DNA of 62,484 bases, from contig JAUSJH010000018.1 of the NCBI GenBank assembly GCA_030647655.1, positions 1 to 62,484 on the forward strand. The letters are read 5' to 3'. Origin of the DNA: a bacterium (GTDB taxonomy: Bacteria; Patescibacteriota; Minisyncoccia; Phycocordibacterales; UBA2100). Position 1 is the first letter of the stretch; each line of letters begins with the position of its first letter. Below are positions 35,499 through 45,300 of this stretch, one piece after another. Under the pieces are notes generated by a model. The model did not search any database and had not been told where the DNA came from. It saw nothing but the letters and a program-made list of their open reading frames with translations. Position numbers and translations under genes: made by a program.

Positions 35499-36211
35499 TT
35501 CGCAGGTTGAACCTTCTCGACTGTCGCGACCTTTTTCCCCTCCGCATACGCCTCCGCAAGCAGGTTGGTGACGAGTGCGATAGAGCGGACGGATGTGTCG
35601 TTGCCGGGAATTGGATGCTGAACGAGAGAGAAATCGCAATCCGAGCTCGAGAGTCCGACCACGGGAATGCTGAGCTGGTTGGCTTCCTGCACGGCAGTAT
35701 CCTCGTGCCGCGTATCGATGATAAAGAGTGCCGCGGGAAGCTCTGCCATTTTTACCAGCCCGCCGAAGCGACCCAAAAGCTCCGTAATCTCGCGGTCGAT
35801 CATGAGACGTTCGCGTTTTGTGTACTTTTCCAACTCCCCACTTTCGCGCTCGCTCATCAATTTTTGCAGACGGTCGATGCGCTTGCGAATGTTCTTGAAA
35901 TTCGTCAGCGTACCTCCTATCCAGCGGCCCGCGACGTACGGTGCGCCCACTCGCTCTGCCGCCTCTTTCACAATACCTACCGCCTCGTGCTTGCCGCTAA
36001 CGAAGAGGACTTGTTTGCCTTTCCCGGAAATAGAAGCCACAAATGCGCGCGCCGCCTCGAGGCGCCTTTCTGTCTCTTCGAGATCGAATATGTCTGTGCG
36101 ATCCTTTGTACCGAAGATGTATGTAGCGGCACTCGGGTGTCGGCGCGCCCGTGCGTAGCCGAAATGTGCTCCTGCTTCAAATAGCGTTTGGATATCGGTC
36201 GTTGCGGCCAT
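35492..36211 (-). CDS. rpsB: 30S ribosomal protein S2
   Basis: LFEAGAHFG, RWIGGTLTNF, AVQEANQLSIPVVGL..SDCD, PIPGND. Confidence 0.97.
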   Translation of the reverse strand: MAATTDIQTLFEAGAHFGYARARRHPSAATYIFGTKDRTDIFDLEETERRLEAARAFVASISGKGKQVLFVSGKHEAVGIVKEAAERVGAPYVAGRWIGGTLTNFKNIRKRIDRLQKLMSERESGELEKYTKRERLMIDREITELLGRFGGLVKMAELPAALFIIDTRHEDTAVQEANQLSIPVVGLSSSDCDFSLVQHPIPGNDTSVRSIALVTNLLAEAYAEGKKVATVEKVQPANK

Positions 36212-36232
36212 ATTTCGAGGATACTAACAAAA

Positions 36233-37219
36233 TTAGTCGTCCGTGGCAACCGGCTCGCCCTCTTCGGCCTTCGAGAGGGATTTGATAATAGTGCCGATGG
36301 AGCCCGCCATTATCTTTGGCACATTGGACCATGATTCCTTGATGCGATGGTCGGTCACGCGGTCCTGCGGGAAATTGTAGGTGCGTATCTTTTCAGAGCG
36401 ATCTCCGGTACCCACTTGCGCTTTTCTATCAGACGCGCGTGCACGCGCTTCGCGCTCATCTTGTTCCTGTTGTAGCCTGCTCGTGAGCAATTTCATGGCT
36501 TTCTCTTTGTTTTGGGCCTGACTTCTCTCGGACGTGCATTTTACGTCCATGCCTGTCGGTTTGTGGATAATACGGACCGCTGTTTCCACTTTGTTTACAT
36601 TTTGCCCGCCTGCGCCGCCAGAACGCGACGTTTCTATCTCCAGATCTGCAGGATTTATTTCTATCTTCGTGCGCTTATAGATGGGAAGTATCGCCACCGA
36701 TGCTGTCGAAGTGTGTATGCGACCAGCCTTTTCAGTAGCCGGCACGCGCTGCACACGATGCACTCCCGTTTCAAATTGCAACTCGCGATATGCGTTCTCG
36801 CCCTTTATCTCGAATTGCGCTTCCTTCAAACCGCCGAGAGCCGCGCGCGATTCATCTAGCGATTTGGCTTGCCAGCCGCGCGATTCCGCGTAACGCAAAT
36901 ACATGTTCGCAAGCTCTTCTGCGAAAAGTGATGCCTCCTCGCCGCCGACCCCCGCACGCACCTCGACGACGACCTCATTGGGCCATTCGCGCTCGTTATC
37001 GGAGCCAACGATACTCTCTATCTGCTTCAGTAAGGTATCTTTCTGGGCCTCAATCTCGTTCAATTCTTTTTCGGCAAGTTCTTTCATCGCGGGATCAACT
37101 TCGATGAGTTCCTGTGCGTCTTTTTCCGCCTTTGAAAGGCGTTGCCATTCGACAACAAGAAAAGAAACACGATGGTCTTTCGCGTAATCCTCGGGCTTTA
37201 TGATTGGGGTCTCTGTCAT
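36233..37219 (-). CDS. prfA: peptide chain release factor 1
   Basis: [12 protein letters not shown] (PxT), [37 protein letters not shown]. Confidence 0.95.
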   Translation of the reverse strand: MTETPIIKPEDYAKDHRVSFLVVEWQRLSKAEKDAQELIEVDPAMKELAEKELNEIEAQKDTLLKQIESIVGSDNEREWPNEVVVEVRAGVGGEEASLFAEELANMYLRYAESRGWQAKSLDESRAALGGLKEAQFEIKGENAYRELQFETGVHRVQRVPATEKAGRIHTSTASVAILPIYKRTKIEINPADLEIETSRSGGAGGQNVNKVETAVRIIHKPTGMDVKCTSERSQAQNKEKAMKLLTSRLQQEQDEREARARASDRKAQVGTGDRSEKIRTYNFPQDRVTDHRIKESWSNVPKIMAGSIGTIIKSLSKAEEGEPVATDD

Positions 37220-37303
37220 ACGAAAATTATAGTCGCTTCTTGCCGCAACACCAACTCGCGCATCATGAAAGCGCGAATTGGTGCTGGGCTGCGACCAACA
37301 AAG

Positions 37304-37645
37304 TTACTTCTCCGATTTACGAGATGCTTTCGGTTGAGATGTCTTTTTCGATTTTGCTGCGGATGCTCTGGTCTTGAATTTCTCCACGCGTCCTGCGGTA
37401 TCAATTGTCTTGGCGGTTCCTGTATAAAAAGGATGCGACGCACTTGAAATTTCGACTTGAAATACAGGATATTGCTTGCCGATTTCCCCTAAGCCCTTCT
37501 GGCCTGGCGAGCCGTCTTCGTCGGCTTTAGCCCACTTATCGGTCTTAGTAGTCTCCACTGTGGAACCAATGAGAAAACGCTTCCCGCTCGTGGAATCCTC
37601 GAATATTACCTGCCTATAGTTTGCCGGATGAATGTCCTTTTTCAT
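37304..37645 (-). CDS. rpmE: 50S ribosomal protein L31 (type B, Cys-less) with internal insertion
   Basis: [17 protein letters not shown]...[13 protein letters not shown]...GRVEKF. Confidence 0.93.
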   Translation of the reverse strand: MKKDIHPANYRQVIFEDSTSGKRFLIGSTVETTKTDKWAKADEDGSPGQKGLGEIGKQYPVFQVEISSASHPFYTGTAKTIDTAGRVEKFKTRASAAKSKKTSQPKASRKSEK

Positions 37646-37652
37646 GCTTTGC

Positions 37653-37710
37653 CCGTCCGAAGCCTTCTTTGACCTTCGTAGCTTTAGCGAAGTAGGTTGG
37701 CGAAGGAGGG
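37653..37710. repeat. palindromic repeat element upstream of rpmE
   Basis: ccttcgtagctttagcgaagtagg core; shares the GCTAAAGC core with 14659-14685 and with the L31 insertion. Confidence 0.55.
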
Positions 37711-37792
37711 TCGCCAAAACATACCATATATGTTAGAACTGTGCCAGTTGTTCGGGGTTCGCCCGACGACATTAACCGCTTCGGAGGACACA

Positions 37793-38122
37793 ATGAGGTG
37801 CTTTGTTCTTGTGGCTTTAGCCGCGTTAGCAATTGTTTGGACAGCTCCTGCGAAAGCTGACGACGACCTGGGGAAAAGACTCCTTGTCGTCGCATCAACG
37901 GACTGCGGCCCTGGCCCGGGATCTTTGTATAATTCCGGCACAGCTGCCTGCAACGTCGCAAAGACGATGGCGTTCACGGCCTACGGCCAGCGGATTATTC
38001 TGCTCAACCAATGCACAGCATCCGGTATCTGGATGACTAGGTGCGAGAAAAATCGTACCAAATTCGACGAAGCAATCGAAGCCCGGTTGTTCGGCAAGAA
38101 AGCGGACACGGCCAGCCGCTGA
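37793..38122 (+). CDS. secreted Cys-containing hypothetical protein (monocistronic cassette)
   Basis: GGAGG SD, signal peptide ending AKA-D, 4 Cys in the mature part, downstream terminator. Confidence 0.75.
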   Translation: MRCFVLVALAALAIVWTAPAKADDDLGKRLLVVASTDCGPGPGSLYNSGTAACNVAKTMAFTAYGQRIILLNQCTASGIWMTRCEKNRTKFDEAIEARLFGKKADTASR

Positions 38123-38148
38123 TCGACTGCCAGCTACCTTCTGGCGAA

Positions 38149-38192
38149 CGGCTCGGCGTGCGTACCTGTACGCGCCGAGTCGTTTTTCTTTT
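38149..38192 (+). terminator. intrinsic terminator
   Basis: cggctcggcg...gtac-ct-gtac...cgccgagtcg + TTTTTCTTTTT. Confidence 0.75.
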
Positions 38193-39529
38193 TACTGATT
38201 CAAAATGTCTATCTCGCCCTGTATCTTATCCGTTAGATCCATCACGCTGTCGCCATAGGGAGCGACGCTGGATTTGTTCCAGTTACTTCCGGCAAAATAC
38301 TTGAGTGCTGCCGTACGTTCCGAACTACGCGTACCGCCGTCGGCACCGTTGTCCTCCATGAGAAGTGCGGTCGCAAAAATGGCGGTACGTGCACTCCACG
38401 GGTCGGGAAATGTCTCGCCGGTGAGGCGGCCCAAGCGGTCCTTGTAGAGCATCCATGTCGAGGGAATGAATTGCGATGGACCCATCGCCCCACCATAATA
38501 TGAAACTCCCTGTGGACACGAAACCGCGGTCGTGTACCAGTTGCGCCCCAAAGCATCAAGTATTGTCTGGAACGGCACCGTGTCGCGCGGCGCCTTCATC
38601 ACGTTTGAAAATACTTTCCCTGTATTTTTCCCCACACCGCTCCCAGTCTGCATGTTCTTGACATAGCACGAGCCCACGTTCTTCCCGAGATCCGACTCCT
38701 GTGTGAGTATCGCGAGAATGAGCGCAGGACGCACTCCCGTCCCCTTTGATGCGTCCTTTGCGTAATCATATGCGGTCCCGAATGGAATGGCACTCGAATC
38801 GCGGAGCCCGAAAAGTGCCGTGCGTATCGCTGCGGCCTGCTTTTGCTTGTCGGCGATGAGTTGCTGATAGGTCTTTTCCTGACCTTTCGTTACTGATAGG
38901 ATATTTTGTTTCTGTTTTTCGTCGTTCTGCACGGCCTGTTTGGCCAAGACCTGCACCGTGCGCACCTTTTGCGCCTCATCTTCTTTCTCCTCGAGCGCCA
39001 CTTTACGACCCGAAAGATCAAAGCGGAGCGCCGCCATTTCTGTGAACGATTCACCAAGCGCACGCTGGAGGGTCTGGAAATCATCGATGTCTTGGAAGAA
39101 ATCGTTCAGATTCTTGGCGAGAGCCAATTCTGCGAGCGACAGGTCGTCGATCTCGCGCGTACGCCGCAGGAGCTGGGCAAGCGCTTCTTGCCCGCGCGCG
39201 ACCTTGGCATCCACGGCACGAATAGCAGACTGCTTCTCTGAAATGTTGGTCTTGATCTGGGAGAGCGCGACGTCGCTCTTTTTTATCTGGAGCTGGGCGG
39301 TCTTGATTTTGTTGTCAAGTATACTGATGTCGCGCTCAAGTGTTGTGCGCTGTTTTTGCAGGTCCGTGAGAGTGCCCTGATTGTTCGCGATGTCCTTCTC
39401 TATTTTATCGAGCTCTGCCTGCAGTGCCGCACGCTCCTCGACACTCGTCACGGCGAGCGCTTGTTGTGGCAACGCAGAGAACCCCGCACACACGAGTACC
39501 ACAAAAAGGCCTGCCCACATCGAGCGCAT
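38192..39529 (-). CDS. secreted coiled-coil protein with C-terminal lytic transglycosylase/lysozyme-like domain
   Basis: Signal peptide, long coiled coil, LILAILTQESDLG, GGAMGPSQFIPSTW, DPWSARTAI, AALKY. Confidence 0.85.
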   Translation of the reverse strand: MRSMWAGLFVVLVCAGFSALPQQALAVTSVEERAALQAELDKIEKDIANNQGTLTDLQKQRTTLERDISILDNKIKTAQLQIKKSDVALSQIKTNISEKQSAIRAVDAKVARGQEALAQLLRRTREIDDLSLAELALAKNLNDFFQDIDDFQTLQRALGESFTEMAALRFDLSGRKVALEEKEDEAQKVRTVQVLAKQAVQNDEKQKQNILSVTKGQEKTYQQLIADKQKQAAAIRTALFGLRDSSAIPFGTAYDYAKDASKGTGVRPALILAILTQESDLGKNVGSCYVKNMQTGSGVGKNTGKVFSNVMKAPRDTVPFQTILDALGRNWYTTAVSCPQGVSYYGGAMGPSQFIPSTWMLYKDRLGRLTGETFPDPWSARTAIFATALLMEDNGADGGTRSSERTAALKYFAGSNWNKSSVAPYGDSVMDLTDKIQGEIDILNQ

Positions 39530-39570
39530 GACACTACAGTATACCAAAGCTCTCACACTGCTTCGACGCG

Positions 39571-40260
39571 CTACTCTTTCTTTTCTTTCTTTTCTTTTTT
39601 CTCCGCTTTTTCCTCTTTTACCCCAGAGGCGGACCCGTCTTTGGCGGGTACAGCTCCCTCCTCCGGCTTTTCGGTCGTGATTATTGTCTCCGGCGGCGGC
39701 GTTATCTCTACCTTCTCTTCCCTGAATTCGGTGACGGATGCGACTATCTCTTCGCCATGCACAATAAGGGTTGCGCTTGGTGGGAGTGTAATCTCGGAAG
39801 CGGTTATGCGGTCGCCGACATTCACGAGCTTCGTGAGGCCAACGGATAGATGGTGCGGCAGTTCTGTCGGTAAAACCTCGATTTCTATCTCGTGAAGCGC
39901 TTTGACGACAATGTGGCCCGCTTTTTCCGCAGGTGCTACGCCAGTCCATTCGAGCGGTACTTTGATCTTGATTTTCTTTCCCTTCTCGAGCACGTAGAAA
40001 TCGGCATGCAAAAGCTGCCCGTTTACCGGATGGAACTGCGTATCATGGATGAGGGTATCCTTGTCTTCTCCGACACCCTTTAGGGTCACGATGGTCGTCT
40101 CTCCCGCTTCGCGCCACACGTGCGCAAGCTTGCGGGCATCCACGGAGATCGCGGTCGCCGCCTGTTTGGGACCATAAAAAACAGCGGGTACGGCGCCATG
40201 CTTGCGCAGTGTATCTGCGGATTCATTCGCTTCACGCGGCTTTACTTCAAGCGCTAACAT
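39571..40260 (-). CDS. rplY: 50S ribosomal protein L25/Ctc
   Basis: LRKHGAVPAVFYG, QFHPVNGQLLHADFY, IEIEVLPTELP. Confidence 0.94.
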   Translation of the reverse strand: MLALEVKPREANESADTLRKHGAVPAVFYGPKQAATAISVDARKLAHVWREAGETTIVTLKGVGEDKDTLIHDTQFHPVNGQLLHADFYVLEKGKKIKIKVPLEWTGVAPAEKAGHIVVKALHEIEIEVLPTELPHHLSVGLTKLVNVGDRITASEITLPPSATLIVHGEEIVASVTEFREEKVEITPPPETIITTEKPEEGAVPAKDGSASGVKEEKAEKKEKKEKKE

Positions 40261-40334
40261 GGCGAGCAGTATACGGATTTGCGGCGCATATGCAAATATC
40301 TGGGCGAATAAATTATTATGCTACAATTCTTTTC

Positions 40335-41318
40335 ATGCAGTATGACTTCGTCGCTATCGGCGACATCACGACCGACGCGTTTATCAAGCTCAAAGACGCA
40401 GAGGAGATGATGAATCACAATACGCGCGAGCTATGCGTGCGCTTCGCCGATAAAGTACCGTACGAAGAGGTCATCGAGGTGCGGGCGGTTGGCAACGCGG
40501 CGAACGCTGCCGTTTCTGCGAAGCGTATCGGCCTTACGTCGGCACTTATCGCACGCGTGGGTGACGACGAAAATGGCAGGAATTGCCGTGCGACTCTGAA
40601 GGAAAATGGTGTCGCCGACGAATACGTCGAGACACAGGCGGGACTTCCTACCAACTATCACTACGTCCTCTGGTTCGGCGCCGAGCGCACCATCTTGGTC
40701 AAACAAACGAAATTCACCTATTCGATGCCGCGGTTCGAGAGTCCGCCGAAATACATCTATCTCACCTCGCTCGGCGAAAGCGCCAAAGATTTCCACCATG
40801 AGATCGCGGCCTACGTGCACGAACACTCCGAGACCAAGCTCGCCTTCCAGCCCGGCACGTTCCAGATAAAGCTCGGCGCCGAAGAACTTAAAGACGTATA
40901 TGCCGTGACCGAGATATTTTTCTGCAACAAAGAGGAGGCACAGAAGATTCTCGGCTCGGCCGAGGGTAACGTGAAGAATCTTATGGAAGGGTTGCGGGAA
41001 CTCGGCCCAAAAATCGTCGTCGTTACCGATGGTCCGAATGGTTCCAACATTCTCGATGGGAGTGGCGCATGGCATGTACCTATGTATCCCGATCCTGCGC
41101 CGCCCGTTTCTCGTACTGGTGCGGGAGACGCGACGGCATCCTCGACCGTTTCCTACATCATGAAAGGTCTCGCGCCCAAAGACGCGCTTTTGCGTGGCAT
41201 GATAAACGCCGCCTCGGTGGTGCAAGGCGTCGGTGCGCAGACAGGACTTCTGACGGATAAAGAAATTGAAGCATGGGACGCGAAGCGACCGGCGGATTTT
41301 GTAGCAACGGAGCTCTAG
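40335..41318 (+). CDS. PfkB-family carbohydrate kinase
   Basis: GNAANAAV, VGDDENG, NKEEA, VTDGPNGS, RTGAGDA. Confidence 0.92.
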   Translation: MQYDFVAIGDITTDAFIKLKDAEEMMNHNTRELCVRFADKVPYEEVIEVRAVGNAANAAVSAKRIGLTSALIARVGDDENGRNCRATLKENGVADEYVETQAGLPTNYHYVLWFGAERTILVKQTKFTYSMPRFESPPKYIYLTSLGESAKDFHHEIAAYVHEHSETKLAFQPGTFQIKLGAEELKDVYAVTEIFFCNKEEAQKILGSAEGNVKNLMEGLRELGPKIVVVTDGPNGSNILDGSGAWHVPMYPDPAPPVSRTGAGDATASSTVSYIMKGLAPKDALLRGMINAASVVQGVGAQTGLLTDKEIEAWDAKRPADFVATEL

Positions 41319-42307
41319 GCACTCTTCCGCGACACTACTTTCTTCACTGCTTCCACAATGTGGGAGACACCCATACCGTAGTGCTCTATCAATTCTTTTG
41401 GTGTGCCGGATTGGCCGAATTTGTCGTGCACGCCGACAAACTCGATTGGTGTGGGACATACCTCTGCGAGTAATTCAGCGATTGCGCCTCCCAAACCTCC
41501 CATTATCTGGTGTTCTTCGACGGTAACAACGGCACCCGCGCCACGCGCAAGCGAGTGGATTATCTCGCGGTCGAGTGGTTTTATTGTGTGCACATTGGTG
41601 ACCGAAACCGCGATGCCTATTTCTTCTAACTCCCGCGCCGCGAGAAGTGCTTGGTAGAGGAGGTGCCCTGTCGCGAAAATCGCGACGACAGGAGAGTCGG
41701 ATTTCCACACGACATTCGCCTTCCCTATTTCAAATGGTGTCTCGGCTGTTGTCATGATCGGCGTCTTGTCGCGTCCGAAGCGCATGTAGCCGGGCTTGCC
41801 GGCCTTAGCGAGCGCGAGCGTTGCCTTGCGCCCCTCTTCAGAGTCGCACGGAGAAATAACTATCATATTCGGAAGCGCGCGCATGAGCGCGATGTCCTCA
41901 AGCGCTTGGTGTGTGGCGCCATCGGGCCCGACAGAGACCCCCGCATGCATGCCGCAGACCACGACTGGCACATTGTTGAGACAAATAGTCGTCCGTATCT
42001 GCTCCCAATTCCTCCCCGGAGAGAACGTCGCGTACGAGGTGATGAAGGGGAGCTTGCCGTAATTGGCCATGCCCGCGGCGACCGTCGCCATATTCTGTTC
42101 GGCAACACCCACCTGCACAAAACGCTCCGGAAATGCTTTTTGGAAATGGTGCGCCTGCGTTGATTCTGCAAGGTCAGCCGTCAAGACGACGACTCGCTCA
42201 TCTAGTTTCCCCGCTTCAACGACACCCTTGCCAAACCCCTCGCGTGTCGAGGCCATGTCGGGTTTATCGAAAATATTAGCGGCAAGTTTTGCTTCTGGAT
42301 TGATCAT
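41315..42307 (-). CDS. transketolase C-terminal (pyrimidine-binding) subunit
   Basis: LTADLAEST, VGVAEQNM, VGPDGATHQALED, VTVEEH, GQSG. Confidence 0.93.
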   Translation of the reverse strand: MINPEAKLAANIFDKPDMASTREGFGKGVVEAGKLDERVVVLTADLAESTQAHHFQKAFPERFVQVGVAEQNMATVAAGMANYGKLPFITSYATFSPGRNWEQIRTTICLNNVPVVVCGMHAGVSVGPDGATHQALEDIALMRALPNMIVISPCDSEEGRKATLALAKAGKPGYMRFGRDKTPIMTTAETPFEIGKANVVWKSDSPVVAIFATGHLLYQALLAARELEEIGIAVSVTNVHTIKPLDREIIHSLARGAGAVVTVEEHQIMGGLGGAIAELLAEVCPTPIEFVGVHDKFGQSGTPKELIEHYGMGVSHIVEAVKKVVSRKSA

Positions 42308-45300
42308 ATATATGATAGCGAGTGTCTTAAGGTATTCATGAGCCAAGTGAAAAATCTCTCTACAATGCCGGGTGAGGAGGCGGTGGCGAGGTTGGAGGAG
42401 GAGTTCGTATCGGAAGTCACGGCTACCGGAAGCGCAGCGACGTAATCAACTGCAATATTGGGACGCACGTCGCTTGCGGAGGCACCGGCGCGGCAGACGC
42501 GGACGTAACGCGCAGGGCTCGCCGAAATGTTCGCGAAATTTTGTGTGCGTTTAGCCGCCGAGAATACAAGCGTGCCGAGCGTTGTCCAGTTTATTTTGTC
42601 GGTACTTGCGAATACATTGCCTCCGGAATTTGTGCCGCAATAGGTTCCGGTGCAAGAGTCGCCGCAGATAGAATCGGGTGTCCAGTAGTCTACGCGCAGA
42701 TTGGAAAAAGACCGCACTGAGCCAAAATCTATATCAATGCATGAAGTGACGGCGTGCGCATCGACGATGTAGGCGATCTGGCCGTCTCTAAATGAGAGAC
42801 CGGCGGGTTGTGAGTCATCTGTCCTTGCACTCGAAACAGAACAGTAATTCGGCACGGTCGCCGCCGTTGCCCCCGGAGGTATAACGCCCGTAACGATGCC
42901 GGTAATCCATTGAGAAGCTCCCGTGACAGCACACGATGCAAATTGGTATGCCCTGGAGAGTACTCCATTGGTGCAGACGCGACTTTGAGAAACGCACTGT
43001 GCTCCGGCAGGGACAGATGATGTTTGGTATGCGGTCACCGATGCACCATTCGCAACGGTGCTGCCGTTGAAGGTACATGATGCACCGGGGCTGGTATTGG
43101 AAACGGTAACGGAGACTGCCGCGGACGTTCTTGTGTTCCCCGCCGCATCGCGCGCGACTGCGGTGATCGAATGTGACCCGTTCGAGACTGTAGTGGTGTT
43201 CCATGATGTTGAGTACGAAGACGCCGTGCCTGTTGTGTCTTCTGCACCGACATTCGTACCATCAACCTTGAACTGCACGCCTGCAACTGCGATGTTGTCA
43301 GAGGCTGTGGCGGTGATGTTCACTGTGCCCGAGACGGTTCCTGTGGCAGGTGCGGTGAGAGAGACTGTGGGTGCGGTGGTGTCGGACGAGCCGCCGGTGA
43401 GAGGAATTTCTACCTCGACTACTGTTGGAATACCAATCGAGCCGTCTGCAACTTTATGATTTTTGTCTCTGACCTCTTGAAGGAAAAGGATCTTCCCATT
43501 CACGAGAGCCGCGCCGCTCTTCGCTTTCATCGTGAATACTTGATTGTAGGAATATTCAGTACGCGAATACCCAGTTAGGGAAAACGTGCGGACATTCCAT
43601 GTGTTCCCGCCATCCATACTCGTCGCTATCTTTCCTCCGCCGAGCACGTCGATACGCGAGCCGTTGACCACGATATTGTGCTGGGACCCGACTATTCCGG
43701 GGATCGGCGCACCTCTGCTCCACGCACCAGTAGTTTTGTTGATTGTATAGAGATACACAGGAACCCCGGTTGCTTCTGTTCGCGCTCCCACAAGATAAAG
43801 CGTGTTTTGCCCATCAAAATCCATATCTTCTTGATGAAACTGCGTGTCATTCGCTCGATTTCCCAACTCTACTGCGCTCACTTTGTTAGACGCATAGTTG
43901 CTCAAGAGTACGAGTTTGTTCTTTTCGCGCTGCGCATTATTTTCTGCGCCCGGATACAAGAACGCACCTGCCACAATCAAGAGTTTATCGCCCCATGCAT
44001 ACATGTTGGGATAAATATACAGAAGGCCCGGTTCATTCAATACCACGTACGGGCCACCCCAAACGCCGTTGCGGTAGGCCCCGCAGCGAAAGTTTTGCAC
44101 TCCGGTACCGTTCGAACTCCTGTCGTACCCGCAGGTGTACAGCGTATCGGAGTCAGCCGCATATGCGACGCCAAGATATCCGATATATCTGCCCTGCGGC
44201 CAACCCGACATATCAACACTGATAGGTGCCGAGAGCGTACCGCTCGAGGCCCTCGTGAATTTGTAATGGACCATCTGATTCACGCTAGCGCCCCCCTCCG
44301 TCGCATATATGAGATGAAGCGTGCCATTCTTATCGACGACAAGGCTCGGCGGCTGGTGCGCGTTGTGCGCAGGAATGTGCTTCGCGAGCGTCCAGCCCGC
44401 CGTAGGGTTATTCTCGTCAAACTTGTAGATGTCAACGGGAAAACCGACTCTCTCATTAGTGCCCACTGTCCTGTTCATGGGGATTTGCAACGTCGCGTAG
44501 CGATAGCGCCCGACACGGATGTACTTCGAACTATGACGCCCCCAGAGAGTTTCGAACTCCGCGTTTGGATCCGGGCCAATCACGCGCCGCGCTGAGTATG
44601 TGCTAGTCGTTGGTGCATCCACGGAGCACGACGCATATTGATACGAGGTATTTCCTGAGAGTACGCCATTGGTACAAGTGCGCTGGACGCTTGAGCACGT
44701 TTGTCCATACGGTACGGAAGGCGTGTTGTAAAACGCTCGCGACTGTCCGCTCGGGACCTCCACATCATCCAACGTGCAGGAGGCGGCCGGCGCGTTCGAC
44801 ACCATCAGATCCCTTGCCTTGCTCGTACCCCCAACGGTCGTGACGGTAAGGCTATAGGTGGCCGGAGGAATGTCGGAGGGAACAGTGAAGCTGATGGTGG
44901 TGCCGTCAGAAGAGGGTGCCGGTATGGCGGTGCTCTGTGCGCCGAAGAACGTATCCCAAATGAGCGCGACGGCGGCGGCGAGGATGCCATTGGGCTTCTT
45001 GGTGAGGCGGACGGTATTGCTTGGGGCGAAGTTGGCACCGGTGATTATCTCCTGTGCTCCTTGTGCAACCGGATTCGGAGACAGGCCGGAGATAGTAGGA
45101 AGAGGCAGGCTCGGGGTGCACGTGGAGAACGCGTAGGTTCCCGTGAGAGTGCCGTTTCCGCAAACACGTGACTGCGATGCACACGTTTGTCCCACGGGGA
45201 CAGACGCGGTTTGATGCGCGGTCACACTTGCACCGTGCGCGACAGTTTGTCCATTGAACGTACAGGAGAGAGGTGCGGCCGTGGAGCAGGTACGGTACTG

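Noticed and set aside
39530-39949. N-terminal 140 aa of the 585-aa ORF (38192-39949)
   Set aside because: Overlaps rplY in another frame; the signal peptide and -10 box place the start at 39529
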